From NCBI GenBank assembly GCA_018657495.1, contig JABHXA010000004.1:83086-147085 (forward strand): a DNA stretch of 64,000 nucleotides, in the 5' to 3' direction. The position numbers and the translations under genes are program-made. The notes below the pieces were generated by a model. It saw nothing but the letters and a program-made list of their open reading frames with translations. It had not been told where the DNA came from and did not search any database. Shown in pieces: positions 1 to 8,023 of the stretch; position 1 is the stretch's first letter; each line of letters begins with the position of its first letter. The DNA comes from Fidelibacterota bacterium. GTDB lineage: Bacteria; Fidelibacterota; Marinisomatia; SCGC-AAA003-L08; JACNLC01.

Positions 1-1
1 G

Positions 2-355
2 AGGATAAAAAAACTGGTGGATTCAGGTATTATTAGACAGTTTAAAGCCGTTGTTGATCCGCGGAAAGTGGGATTAGATGTAGCAGCCCTGATAACAGTT
101 ATTTCTGAATCATCAGCAAATTATGAAAAAGTCACGGAAAATGCTCAAAATACCGTTGAAATCAAAGAATGTTATTCTACTACCGGGCGTGGCTCTCATG
201 TTATGCTTATACATACAAAAAATACAGCATCTCTTGAAATGTTGTTAAGAAAAATTCAGTCCTGGCCGGGAGTTGAGCACACCGAGACGCAATTAATATT
301 GTCTTCCTATAAAAAATTAAGTACAATTCACATTACTAAAATCAGTGGAGATTAA
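2..355 (+). CDS. Lrp/AsnC-family transcriptional regulator, 5'-truncated by the window edge
   Basis: Frame 2 is open from nt 2 (RIKKLVDSGIIRQFKAVVDPRKVGL...). This covers the end of an Lrp-type HTH plus a complete AsnC/RAM ligand domain. The TAA stop at 353-355 directly abuts the next ATG. Confidence 0.8.
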   Translation, partial: RIKKLVDSGIIRQFKAVVDPRKVGLDVAALITVISESSANYEKVTENAQNTVEIKECYSTTGRGSHVMLIHTKNTASLEMLLRKIQSWPGVEHTETQLILSSYKKLSTIHITKISGD

Positions 356-1366
356 ATGAAAATTAAAATTGAGTATATTTGGATGGACGGGCATGTACCC
401 ACAGCAAAACTCAGATCAAAAACAAAAGTCATTGAAGGGCCTGTAACGGATATTAGTGAAATACCTGAGTGGGGATTTGACGGATCCAGTACTATGCAGG
501 CAGAAGGAGAAGACAGTGACTGTATTTTAAAACCGGTAAGATATATCAGTGATCCTATCAGGGGAGGAAATCACCTTCTTGTCATTTGTGAGGTTTTTAC
601 TGCTGAAGGCAAAGCACATGCCAGCAACACGCGGGCAAAACTGAAAGTAATCGCTGATAAATATAGGGATCAGGAGGCATGGTTTGGCATAGAACAGGAA
701 TACACTTTATTTAAGGGCAGATCTCCATTAGGTTGGCCGGATGGGGGCTACCCGGCACCTCAAGGACCTTTTTACTGCGGTGTTGGGGCTGATGAAGTAT
801 TTGGTCGCGAGCTGGTTGAAACCCATCTTGACCGCTGTATAAATGCCGGATTGAATATTTCCGGGATAAATGCTGAAGTAATGCCGGGACAATGGGAATT
901 TCAGATTGGGCCATGTGGTCCCCTTGAAGCTGCCGATGAGATATGGCTTGCTAGATGGTTATTATATCGTACCGGTGAAGAATCCAAAGTGAGTGCAACT
1001 TTGCACCCAAAACCGGTAAAAGGAGATTGGAACGGGGCTGGTGCACATACCAATTTCAGTACAAAAGCGATGAGAAGTAATGGTGGTCTGGAACTCATCC
1101 ATGAGGCTTGCCGAAAACTTGAGAAGAACCATCATGAGCATATTCTCCAATATGGGGCCCATAATGAAGAGCGACTCACAGGACTCCACGAAACCTGTAG
1201 TTTCGAAGACTTCAGATACGGTGTAAGTGACAGGGGTGCTTCCGTTCGCATACCACTTGCTACAGCTCTTGCCGGGAATGGTTATTTAGAAGATAGGCGC
1301 CCATCAGCAAATATGGATCCCTATATTGTATGCCGGATGTTATTGGAAACAGTTTGTGGTGATTGA
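356..1366 (+). CDS. glnII: Glutamine synthetase type II (eukaryote-like GSII)
   Basis: The 336-aa length is typical of GSII. The N-terminus KIEYIWMDGHVPTAKLRSKTKV and GFDGSSTMQAEGEDSDCILKPV match the GSII pattern. A GGAG Shine-Dalgarno site lies 6 nt upstream, inside the Lrp 3' end. Confidence 0.9.
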   Translation: MKIKIEYIWMDGHVPTAKLRSKTKVIEGPVTDISEIPEWGFDGSSTMQAEGEDSDCILKPVRYISDPIRGGNHLLVICEVFTAEGKAHASNTRAKLKVIADKYRDQEAWFGIEQEYTLFKGRSPLGWPDGGYPAPQGPFYCGVGADEVFGRELVETHLDRCINAGLNISGINAEVMPGQWEFQIGPCGPLEAADEIWLARWLLYRTGEESKVSATLHPKPVKGDWNGAGAHTNFSTKAMRSNGGLELIHEACRKLEKNHHEHILQYGAHNEERLTGLHETCSFEDFRYGVSDRGASVRIPLATALAGNGYLEDRRPSANMDPYIVCRMLLETVCGD

Positions 1367-1489
1367 TGGCTGATATATTTTTAAATCAGAACGATAAACT
1401 AAAATTGTTTTTGTAACTTTACTGTATTAAAGAATTACAGTTGATATAAAATGACTTCCAATATTGATTGCCGGCAAAACTGTTGGTAA

Positions 1490-2161
1490 TTATTCTTTCT
1501 CAGAATATCCAAGTCTCTCAAAAGGATTCACAACACTGGATATTAGATTTCTGGAATGCGCCCCAATTCTTTTTAAGAATCTTGCATACAGGGCAAGGGA
1601 AGCGCTCTGATCTGTGGTGAGATCAGCAACTTTCCCGGAAACGATGCTGTGGGTTATTTCGTCACAGGAATTAGAAATTTTCTTTTTATATGTTTTCATC
1701 AATTTTTGGGCAGCAGGAATATCCTGGTTCTTAAATGCGATAATACTGCCCTCAAAAACGTCCGTCACCTTTTTTTCAATTGCTAATAGATCTTTCTCAA
1801 GACTTCCACCAACCAATTTGGTAGGATGATTAATGGCCATTTCATAAATATTTTTTGTGTAATCACCAATTCGCTCGATATCAATAACAACACTCACCAA
1901 TACTAAACCGGAGCCTAAATCTTTTGAACCGCTGATGGCAAGATGAGTCATAATTTTCCGTCGCACATCTCTCTCAAAGCGATTTATTTTTTTATCCAAT
2001 TTAAAAATATTTATGGACATTTCAGCATTGTCACTTTCACGCAGTGAATACATCGAGGCTTTGAACATGGTTAAATCAATATCCAACATTTCATGACATT
2101 CCTCAAGTGCCTGCTCGTATAAACTATCCGAACTAAATAACTGAAATATTTGTTTAAACAT
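1490..2161 (-). CDS. PhoU-like domain protein, partner of the upstream Na/Pi cotransporter
   Basis: Two PhoU-type helical repeats are present (IERIGDYTKNIYEMAI and LKRIGAHSRNLISSV). I prefer the ATG at 2161 (MFKQIF...), which has a GGAGG SD 8 nt upstream, over the track's TTG at 2176. Confidence 0.75.
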   Translation of the reverse strand: MFKQIFQLFSSDSLYEQALEECHEMLDIDLTMFKASMYSLRESDNAEMSINIFKLDKKINRFERDVRRKIMTHLAISGSKDLGSGLVLVSVVIDIERIGDYTKNIYEMAINHPTKLVGGSLEKDLLAIEKKVTDVFEGSIIAFKNQDIPAAQKLMKTYKKKISNSCDEITHSIVSGKVADLTTDQSASLALYARFLKRIGAHSRNLISSVVNPFERLGYSEKE

Positions 2162-2162
2162 C

Positions 2163-3263
2163 TTACTTTCCTCCAAAATAAATTATGGTAAATGGGATAA
2201 CTATAAATACAATAAGTAAATAGGCAAATGGAATAAGACGATTTTTTATCGAATATTCCGCCAATGTTTCTGCCAGTTTTATTGGAATATTGCGAATAAA
2301 TGGGATCGGATATATGATCAGTATTCCAAAAATATTAAATATTAAATGGGCAAATGCTGTCACAAGTGCTGTGACATTTAAAGATAATGCGGCAAGAAGT
2401 GCTGTTGCAGTTGTCCCAATATTTGCCCCCAGGGTATAAGGGAAAATCTGGCGCAGACTAAGAACTCCGGCCCCGGCAAGGGGCACAATCAGAGAAGTAG
2501 TAATAGAAGAGCTTTGAACCATGAAAGTCAATAACATCCCAAACAATAATGCTCTGATAGCGGTCTTAAATATATATTTATCAAAGAAGACTTCAACCTT
2601 TGATAATACCATTTTTCTCAACACTTTTACTATCATATACAACATAAATAATGTGAGCAATACACTTAGGATTAAGTAAAATATATTATTATCAAATGAT
2701 AAAATTTCTATCTGCTTAGAACCCCATTTAACGGCAGTTTTTATTGGGCTTTTCATTACTTCATTGGAAGAGATATTCCCAAAAAGGAATTCTCCTAATC
2801 CAATGGCAGATTTCTGGATGAAATGAAATTTTAATTCCAAAGGAAACATGATCAGAACACTGAGCATATTAAAAAAGTCATGCACAGTGGAAGCGGCAAA
2901 AGCACGTTTAAATTCATTTCCTCGGCTGATATGTCCCATTGATACAATTGTATTGGTAACAGTGGTACCAATATTGGCCCCCATAATCATAGGAATGGAA
3001 CCTTCAATGGATAAAACACCAGCACTTACCATACCGACAATAAGAGAAGTTGTTGTCGAAGAACTTTGGAATAACACTGTAGCAAAAGTACCGATAAATA
3101 AAGCAAGAAAGGGATTATCAGTTGTGGATAAAACGGTATCTGCGAATCCGCTGCCAAAATGTTTGATTGCCGAACTCATTCCATTTATCCCAACCAAAAA
3201 TAAATACAGGAATGCAATGATTGAGATCGAATTGATGAGGGTTCTCTGAAGCTCTTTACTCAT
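2163..3263 (-). CDS. Na+/phosphate cotransporter family protein (NptA-type membrane domain)
   Basis: It is a polytopic membrane protein with the duplicated signature GANIGTTVT / GANIGTTAT. Its stop lies 1 nt before the PhoU-like ATG. Confidence 0.85.
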   Translation of the reverse strand: MSKELQRTLINSISIIAFLYLFLVGINGMSSAIKHFGSGFADTVLSTTDNPFLALFIGTFATVLFQSSSTTTSLIVGMVSAGVLSIEGSIPMIMGANIGTTVTNTIVSMGHISRGNEFKRAFAASTVHDFFNMLSVLIMFPLELKFHFIQKSAIGLGEFLFGNISSNEVMKSPIKTAVKWGSKQIEILSFDNNIFYLILSVLLTLFMLYMIVKVLRKMVLSKVEVFFDKYIFKTAIRALLFGMLLTFMVQSSSITTSLIVPLAGAGVLSLRQIFPYTLGANIGTTATALLAALSLNVTALVTAFAHLIFNIFGILIIYPIPFIRNIPIKLAETLAEYSIKNRLIPFAYLLIVFIVIPFTIIYFGGK

Positions 3264-3688
3264 ACCATTTTACCTGTTGATAAAGATTCTTCACGGGTGA
3301 ATCCTAACAGCCAAGTCTGAATTTGATCCCTTACCTTTCTATAAATATTTATTATTTCCTCACTGCTGCCAACAGCATGATAAGGATCCTGAAAATTATG
3401 ATGAATCTTTTTCCCAACGCTGTTTGGAAAAACTGGACAAGTTTCGTTGGCATGGTCACAAACGGTAACTATCACATCGAAAATATCATTTATATATTCA
3501 TCAACATGATTTGACTCTGATTTGGAAATATCTATTCCAATCTCTTTCATCACCGCAATGGCATTTGGATTCACAGGCGTCGGTTCTACTCCGGCGCTGA
3601 ATGCCTGCCATCCCATGCTTTTAGCTAATCCCTCTGCCATTTGTGACCTGCATGAATTTCCAGTACAGATAAATAAAATTTTTTTCAT
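3260..3688 (-). CDS. arsC: Arsenate reductase, thioredoxin-coupled LMW-PTP type
   Basis: The P-loop ILFICTGNSCRSQMAEG is followed by a downstream Cys pair, TVCDHANETCP, spaced as in the Staphylococcus/Bacillus ArsC type. Confidence 0.8.
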   Translation of the reverse strand: MKKILFICTGNSCRSQMAEGLAKSMGWQAFSAGVEPTPVNPNAIAVMKEIGIDISKSESNHVDEYINDIFDVIVTVCDHANETCPVFPNSVGKKIHHNFQDPYHAVGSSEEIINIYRKVRDQIQTWLLGFTREESLSTGKMV

Positions 3689-3899
3689 GAATAACTAATT
3701 ATATTTTGGATTAAAACAATTGGAAAAGTTAATACAGCTATTAATAATGATCCCGATAAAAACATCAAGATTATAAAAATATTATATTGATTTTCAGATG
3801 GATTGATAACATTATTTGAAAACAAATATTTTACAATATTCAGGTTGATGAATCATCTTAAATACTTTTATAGGAAAAGGATATCTCTTAAATTTATCG

Positions 3900-4379
3900 A
3901 TGTGTCAACCCGTTTTAATCAGCGCCTGTCTTCTGGGTGACAATTGTCGCTATGATGGATGCAACAGTCTCATCAGCCAACTGAAAAATGCCTCTATTAA
4001 CTGGATACCCGTTTGTCCTGAAATTGAAGGGGGCATGCCGACCCCAAGATTAAAATCTGAATTTCAGGATACTGCTTCTAATATTCTTAATACTGGAAAA
4101 GGTATCTTAAATGAAGTTGGCGAGGATAACGCTGATGCATTTATAACCGGTGCCAAAAAATCATTACAAAAAATATCAGGTCAAACAGTCAAATATGCTA
4201 TCCTGAAATCAAAAAGCCCCTCTTGCGGATTTGAACAGGTTTACGATGGTTCCTTTTCTGGGAAATTGATTCAAGGGAATGGAATATTGACACAGTTAGC
4301 AATGGATGCTGGAATAAAAGTTATATCCTCTGATGATACAGAAAAATGGTTCGAATTATTGGATAGGAAAATTAAATGA
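3900..4379 (+). CDS. DUF523 / TudS-like [4Fe-4S] protein (2-thiouracil desulfurase family)
   Basis: The N-terminal ISACLLGDNCRYDG, plus PVCPE and SPSCG, are the cysteine positions typical of DUF523. Confidence 0.7.
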   Translation: MCQPVLISACLLGDNCRYDGCNSLISQLKNASINWIPVCPEIEGGMPTPRLKSEFQDTASNILNTGKGILNEVGEDNADAFITGAKKSLQKISGQTVKYAILKSKSPSCGFEQVYDGSFSGKLIQGNGILTQLAMDAGIKVISSDDTEKWFELLDRKIK

Positions 4380-6178
4380 TCCTCACTGGTGACATGATTA
4401 TCCTCCTTCTCGTAATTGTAGCAGCAATTATCATGTTTGCTGTTGAGATAGTTCCCATAGAAGTCACCGCCCTAACCACCACAGGTATTTTATTATTATT
4501 CAGTGTAATCACTCCTGAAGAAGCAATTTCCGGTTTCTCCAATAAAGCGGTCATAACCATTGGAGCTATGTTTGTACTGAGTAGAGCGCTGGTAAAAACT
4601 GGATTTCTGGAGGTGATGTCAAATTCACTTTCTAAATCTGTAGGGGGGAGGAGCTGGCCGACATTTTTTATATTTTTTATAACTACTTCGCTTATCTCCG
4701 GATTCTTAAATAATACTGCAGCAGTTGCTATTTTTATACCGCTTGCTATTAATCTATGTCGAAAATTTCATGTAAGCCCCACAAGAATACTGATGCCTTT
4801 ATCATATGCGGCAATTTTTGGTGGCACCCTAACTCTTGTGGGTACATCCACCAACCTGGTTGTGAGTTCGGTTATGGAAGTTGAGGGGCTGCAGCCATTT
4901 AGAATGTTTGAGTTTACCAAATTGGGTCTGATATTCCTGGCAGTTGGGACTGTTTACAATATCGGGTTGGCCAGGTGGGCGCTGCCATCAAGATCTATTT
5001 TAAGTTCACTTGCCACAAAATATCATTTGGGTAGATATCTTACCGAATTTCGCATTGGTCCCGATTCGCCGATGATTTCAAAAACACATCATGAATTAAA
5101 TATCAGCGAAAAATATAATTTAAATGTCATCATGATAATCAGGGATAATGTGAGATATCGCTTTAATCTTAAATCACTGTATTTAAGAGAAGGTGATATT
5201 CTTCTGGTAAGACTAAATCTCAGCGAGATTTTAAAATTTAAAGATGAAATGAATCTATTATTGTTGACTGATGTGAAAATGACCCAGCAGGAATTATCTG
5301 GTGAAAATCACGTACTTATTGAAACGATTGTCAGTCAGGGGTCTAGCATTATCGGAAAGACTTTAAAGGAAATTGATTTTCGCCGTAGATATTATGGTTT
5401 TGTATTAGCGATTCGTCGTCATAGTGAAAACCTGATGCAGAAAATTGCCCGAATCCGTTTAAAGTTCTCAGACACCCTTCTGATTATGATACCCAAAAGT
5501 AAAATATCTGAGTTAAAAGCAACTACTGATCTGATATTGATGGAGGAACTGGATGTCAGTCTCAGATATGAAAAATACTGGTGGTTATCTATTTTGGTTA
5601 TTCCGCTAATTATGTTTCTCGCAGCTTTTAATATTATTCCCCTTGTGAAAGGTGCCGTTCTTGGATCAATACTATTATTACTGGTAAAAACGATATCAAT
5701 AGAAGAAGCATATGAAGCCGTCAATTGGCCGGTAATTTTTATGATCGCCGCTCTGGTACCCCTGGGCACCGCATTACATCAAACTGGAACAGATGTGATA
5801 ATTGGTAAATCCATTATCTACCTCGGTAATTTGTTTACAACCGGTGGAGAGGTGAATAACATTATCATGTTATCACTTATATATTTCTTTTCGTTTTTTC
5901 TCTCAGCCTTTATTTCAAATACTGCAATCGCCATTGTCATGACCCCTATAGCTATTGCGCTGGCAGTATCACTGGAAATTGATGCCAGACCATTTCTTGT
6001 TGCTGTGGCATTCGGATCATCTACCAGTTTCATGACCCCAATGGGATATCAGACAAATCTTATGGTATATGGACCCGGGCAATACAAATTCTGGGATTTT
6101 ATGAAAGCAGGATTCCCCCTTACTTTGATTTTTTGGGGCCTGGCGACCTATTTTATTCCTCGCTACTGGCATTTCTGA
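4376..6178 (+). CDS. SLC13/DASS-type anion permease with two central TrkA-C (RCK_C) domains
   Basis: Two multi-TM halves flank two soluble ~70-aa segments (LTEFRIGPDSPMISKTHHEL... and VLIETIVSQGSSIIGKTLKEI...) typical of TrkA-C. The start overlaps the DUF523 stop (ATGA). Confidence 0.75.
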   Translation: MILTGDMIILLLVIVAAIIMFAVEIVPIEVTALTTTGILLLFSVITPEEAISGFSNKAVITIGAMFVLSRALVKTGFLEVMSNSLSKSVGGRSWPTFFIFFITTSLISGFLNNTAAVAIFIPLAINLCRKFHVSPTRILMPLSYAAIFGGTLTLVGTSTNLVVSSVMEVEGLQPFRMFEFTKLGLIFLAVGTVYNIGLARWALPSRSILSSLATKYHLGRYLTEFRIGPDSPMISKTHHELNISEKYNLNVIMIIRDNVRYRFNLKSLYLREGDILLVRLNLSEILKFKDEMNLLLLTDVKMTQQELSGENHVLIETIVSQGSSIIGKTLKEIDFRRRYYGFVLAIRRHSENLMQKIARIRLKFSDTLLIMIPKSKISELKATTDLILMEELDVSLRYEKYWWLSILVIPLIMFLAAFNIIPLVKGAVLGSILLLLVKTISIEEAYEAVNWPVIFMIAALVPLGTALHQTGTDVIIGKSIIYLGNLFTTGGEVNNIIMLSLIYFFSFFLSAFISNTAIAIVMTPIAIALAVSLEIDARPFLVAVAFGSSTSFMTPMGYQTNLMVYGPGQYKFWDFMKAGFPLTLIFWGLATYFIPRYWHF

Positions 6179-6276
6179 TAATGAATAAATCCGCTACTAT
6201 AGGAATTATTTTCCTATATTTAAATAATTATATATAATACTATATACATATTATCCAAAAATGTTAAATTTCCGGC

Positions 6277-6570
6277 ATGACAAAAGAACTAACCTTAAAT
6301 AAAGTAACGTTGGCGGCGAAAACGCTGAAGGTACTGGCTCATCCAGTACGATTAAAAATTGTTGAATTCCTTGAAACTGAAGAAAAAAATGTTAGTGCAA
6401 TTCAGAAACATGTCAAACTCCAGCAGGCAGTAACAAGTCAGCATTTGAAATTGTTATATGTCCATAATTTGGTTGAGAAAAGACGACAAAAGAATTTTAT
6501 TTACTATCGTTTAAATAATGACATGTTATCTGGTATACTTAACTGCGTTAGAGATTGTAAATCAAACTGA
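6277..6570 (+). CDS. ArsR/SmtB-family winged-helix transcriptional regulator
   Basis: The sequence LKVLAHPVRLKIVEFL...NVSAIQKHVKLQQAVTSQHLKLL fits the family. There is no alpha-3 CVC metal site. The only cysteines are a C-terminal CVRDC pair. Confidence 0.85.
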   Translation: MTKELTLNKVTLAAKTLKVLAHPVRLKIVEFLETEEKNVSAIQKHVKLQQAVTSQHLKLLYVHNLVEKRRQKNFIYYRLNNDMLSGILNCVRDCKSN

Positions 6571-6749
6571 TTAAACGATTTCGCGGAGCTGCATTAGCCG
6601 CAGTCACCGGTGCTGCAATTGGTTTTATTTATTATAAAGTAATTGGCTGTCAAAATGGACAGTGCATGCTGACAGGAACTGTAGAAAGAAGTGTGCTCTA
6701 TTTTTCAATAGCCGGATTTATATCATTTTTTCCCTCCTTGAGAAAATAA
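6570..6749 (+). CDS. Small membrane protein, DUF6132-like; not in the ORF track and lacking a canonical start codon
   Basis: The open frame reads IKRFRGAALAAVTGAAIGFIYYKVIGCQNGQCMLTGTVERSVLYFSIAGFISFFPSLRK*. From memory, the pattern YYxxxGCxxGxCxxT between two hydrophobic helices matches DUF6132 proteins found next to ArsR genes. Only CTG (6567) or ATT (6570) is available as a start. Confidence 0.4.
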   Translation: MKRFRGAALAAVTGAAIGFIYYKVIGCQNGQCMLTGTVERSVLYFSIAGFISFFPSLRK

Positions 6750-6793
6750 CTTTGTAACGTATTTTTCTTTTTAAAGACTAATATGCAGACATA

Positions 6794-6859
6794 AATGGAT
6801 TTCAATTTTCCCGATCTCTCTGTGAGCTAATCGGGATAATCAATATTGAGAAATCCATT
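6794..6859. promoter_or_regulatory. Nested inverted repeat between the DUF6132-like and DUF302 genes
   Basis: A perfect 10-bp outer repeat, AATGGATTTC (6794-6803) / GAAATCCATT (6850-6859), encloses an inner 7-bp hairpin, TCCCGAT (6809-6815) / ATCGGGA (6830-6836). Confidence 0.3.
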
Positions 6860-6888
6860 ATAAAAAATTTATACAAAAGGAGAATGCA

Positions 6889-7275
6889 ATGTCTTACGGG
6901 TACTTCAAGAACATAAGTGCTGACTTCGATACTGTAGACGAAAAAATTCGTCAAACACTTGCCGATAATGGTTTTGGTGTTATTACGGAAATTGATGTGA
7001 AATCCACCTTTAAAACAAAATTAGATGCCGATTTTCAACCCTATAAAATTATTGGCGCCTGCAATCCTGCTATTGCTTACAAAGCATTATCTGAAGAACC
7101 GGATGTTGGTCTGTTACTTCCTTGTAATGTCGTTGTTATAGATAATTTGGATGGAACAATCAGGGTGGGTGCAATAGATGCTGAAAAAATGTTAACTATT
7201 TCTGGACGAGATGATTTGAAAATGCTCGCCGACAAAGTAAACTCCCTTTTAAAAATTGCTATAGACGCGGTGTGA
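6889..7275 (+). CDS. DUF302 domain protein
   Basis: Size and sequence (GFGVITEIDVKSTFKTKLD...YKIIGACNP) match my recollection of DUF302. An AAGGAGA SD is present. Confidence 0.6.
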   Translation: MSYGYFKNISADFDTVDEKIRQTLADNGFGVITEIDVKSTFKTKLDADFQPYKIIGACNPAIAYKALSEEPDVGLLLPCNVVVIDNLDGTIRVGAIDAEKMLTISGRDDLKMLADKVNSLLKIAIDAV

Positions 7276-7428
7276 ATATGAACGAATGGCTTCAAATAAT
7301 AATTTTTATTGTTTTGTGGATATCTTTAAATAGATATCTGAGTAAAAAAGGGTACCGAACATGAGCTTCTCCAATCCCCGGTGGGGATGAGCAAAATGAG
7401 AAAAATGAAAAATAAATTTTTTGACTTC

Positions 7429-7640
7429 TTGACCTAGTCCTTCAGACTGGGATTTAAAATCCCTTCGAAGAGAAGATATAAAAATAGGTCCATAGCTCAG
7501 TCCTTCAGGACTGTGGTTAAAGTTTAAGCGTTGGACAATTATGAGTTTGATTGAATCGATATTTTATGCCCTCTAAGCCAAGAAATATAATTTAGGTCCA
7601 TAGCCCAGTCCTTCAGGGCTGGGTTAACAGTCTCACCTGG
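7429..7640. repeat. Three copies of a conserved hairpin motif in a 436-nt ORF-free intergenic region
   Basis: The core is YAGTCC-TTCA-GRRCTG at 7433-7451, 7498-7513 and 7604-7623. Copies 2 and 3 share a ~37-nt unit, AGGTCCATAGCYCAGTCCTTCAGGRCTGKGGTTAA, spaced 107 nt apart. Confidence 0.6.
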
Positions 7641-7711
7641 GGTAAAAGTTTCAGGGCCTGGAGTTAGTAAGTCCATAATCGTTTCAGTAAAAAAAATAAT
7701 GGAGAATTAAA

Positions 7712-7936
7712 ATGCCGGTTTTTGAATATTCCTGCAACAGCTGTGGAAAAAAATATGATGCATTTGTCATTTCATTTTCCACACCAGATGAAGAATTGGA
7801 ATGTAGTCACTGTCAGGAGAAAAATTCCACGCGATTATTGTCGATGAAATCTACGATTGCCTCTTCTGTAGGGGGTTCAGCAGCCGGCGGTAATGCACCT
7901 GGATGCGGTGCGGCATCCGGCAGTCCATTTGGCTGA
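7712..7936 (+). CDS. FmdB-family zinc-ribbon protein
   Basis: It reads MPVFEYSCNSCGKKYD...ECSHCQEK (CxxC...CxxC) with a Gly/Ala/Ser-rich tail. A GGAG SD is present. Confidence 0.7.
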   Translation: MPVFEYSCNSCGKKYDAFVISFSTPDEELECSHCQEKNSTRLLSMKSTIASSVGGSAAGGNAPGCGAASGSPFG

Positions 7937-7982
7937 GCTTAAATAAGCTTCCTCTGGATGAAGATAACCATCTTAAATTTCT

Positions 7983-7998
7983 GTTGAAAATTTTCAAC
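7983..7998. promoter_or_regulatory. Perfect 16-bp palindrome GTTGAAAATTTTCAAC upstream of the PepSY-TM gene
   Basis: The sequence is self-complementary, lies 26 nt upstream of the ATG at 8024, and is followed by an ATATATATAAAT stretch. Confidence 0.25.
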
Positions 7999-8023
7999 AT
8001 ATATATAAATCTAACTGATCTCA

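Noticed and set aside
1490-3263. The Na/Pi transporter and PhoU-like domain are encoded as two ORFs, although many homologues are single fused proteins. This could indicate a frameshift pseudogene.
   Set aside because: The downstream ORF has its own ATG (2161) one nt after the upstream TAA, with a GGAGG SD at ideal spacing. This is consistent with a genuine split and translational coupling rather than a lesion.
4347-4356. A GGTTCGAAT T-arm-like string.
   Set aside because: It lies inside the DUF523 coding frame, and the flanking sequence does not form a cloverleaf.
7278-7364. A 28-aa hydrophobic mini-ORF (MNEWLQIIIFIVLWISLNRYLSKKGYRT) starting 3 nt after the DUF302 stop.
   Set aside because: It is plausible as a small membrane peptide. 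However, I see no conservation evidence, no clear SD and no motif, so I cannot support it from sequence alone.
7487-7540. GGTCCATAGCTCAGTC..., which looks like the 5' end of a tRNA gene (also at 7594).
   Set aside because: I could not build an anticodon arm, a T-arm (GTTCRAATC) or a matching 3' acceptor strand, and the element is too short. I treat it as a hairpin repeat with a tRNA-like lead-in, not a tRNA.
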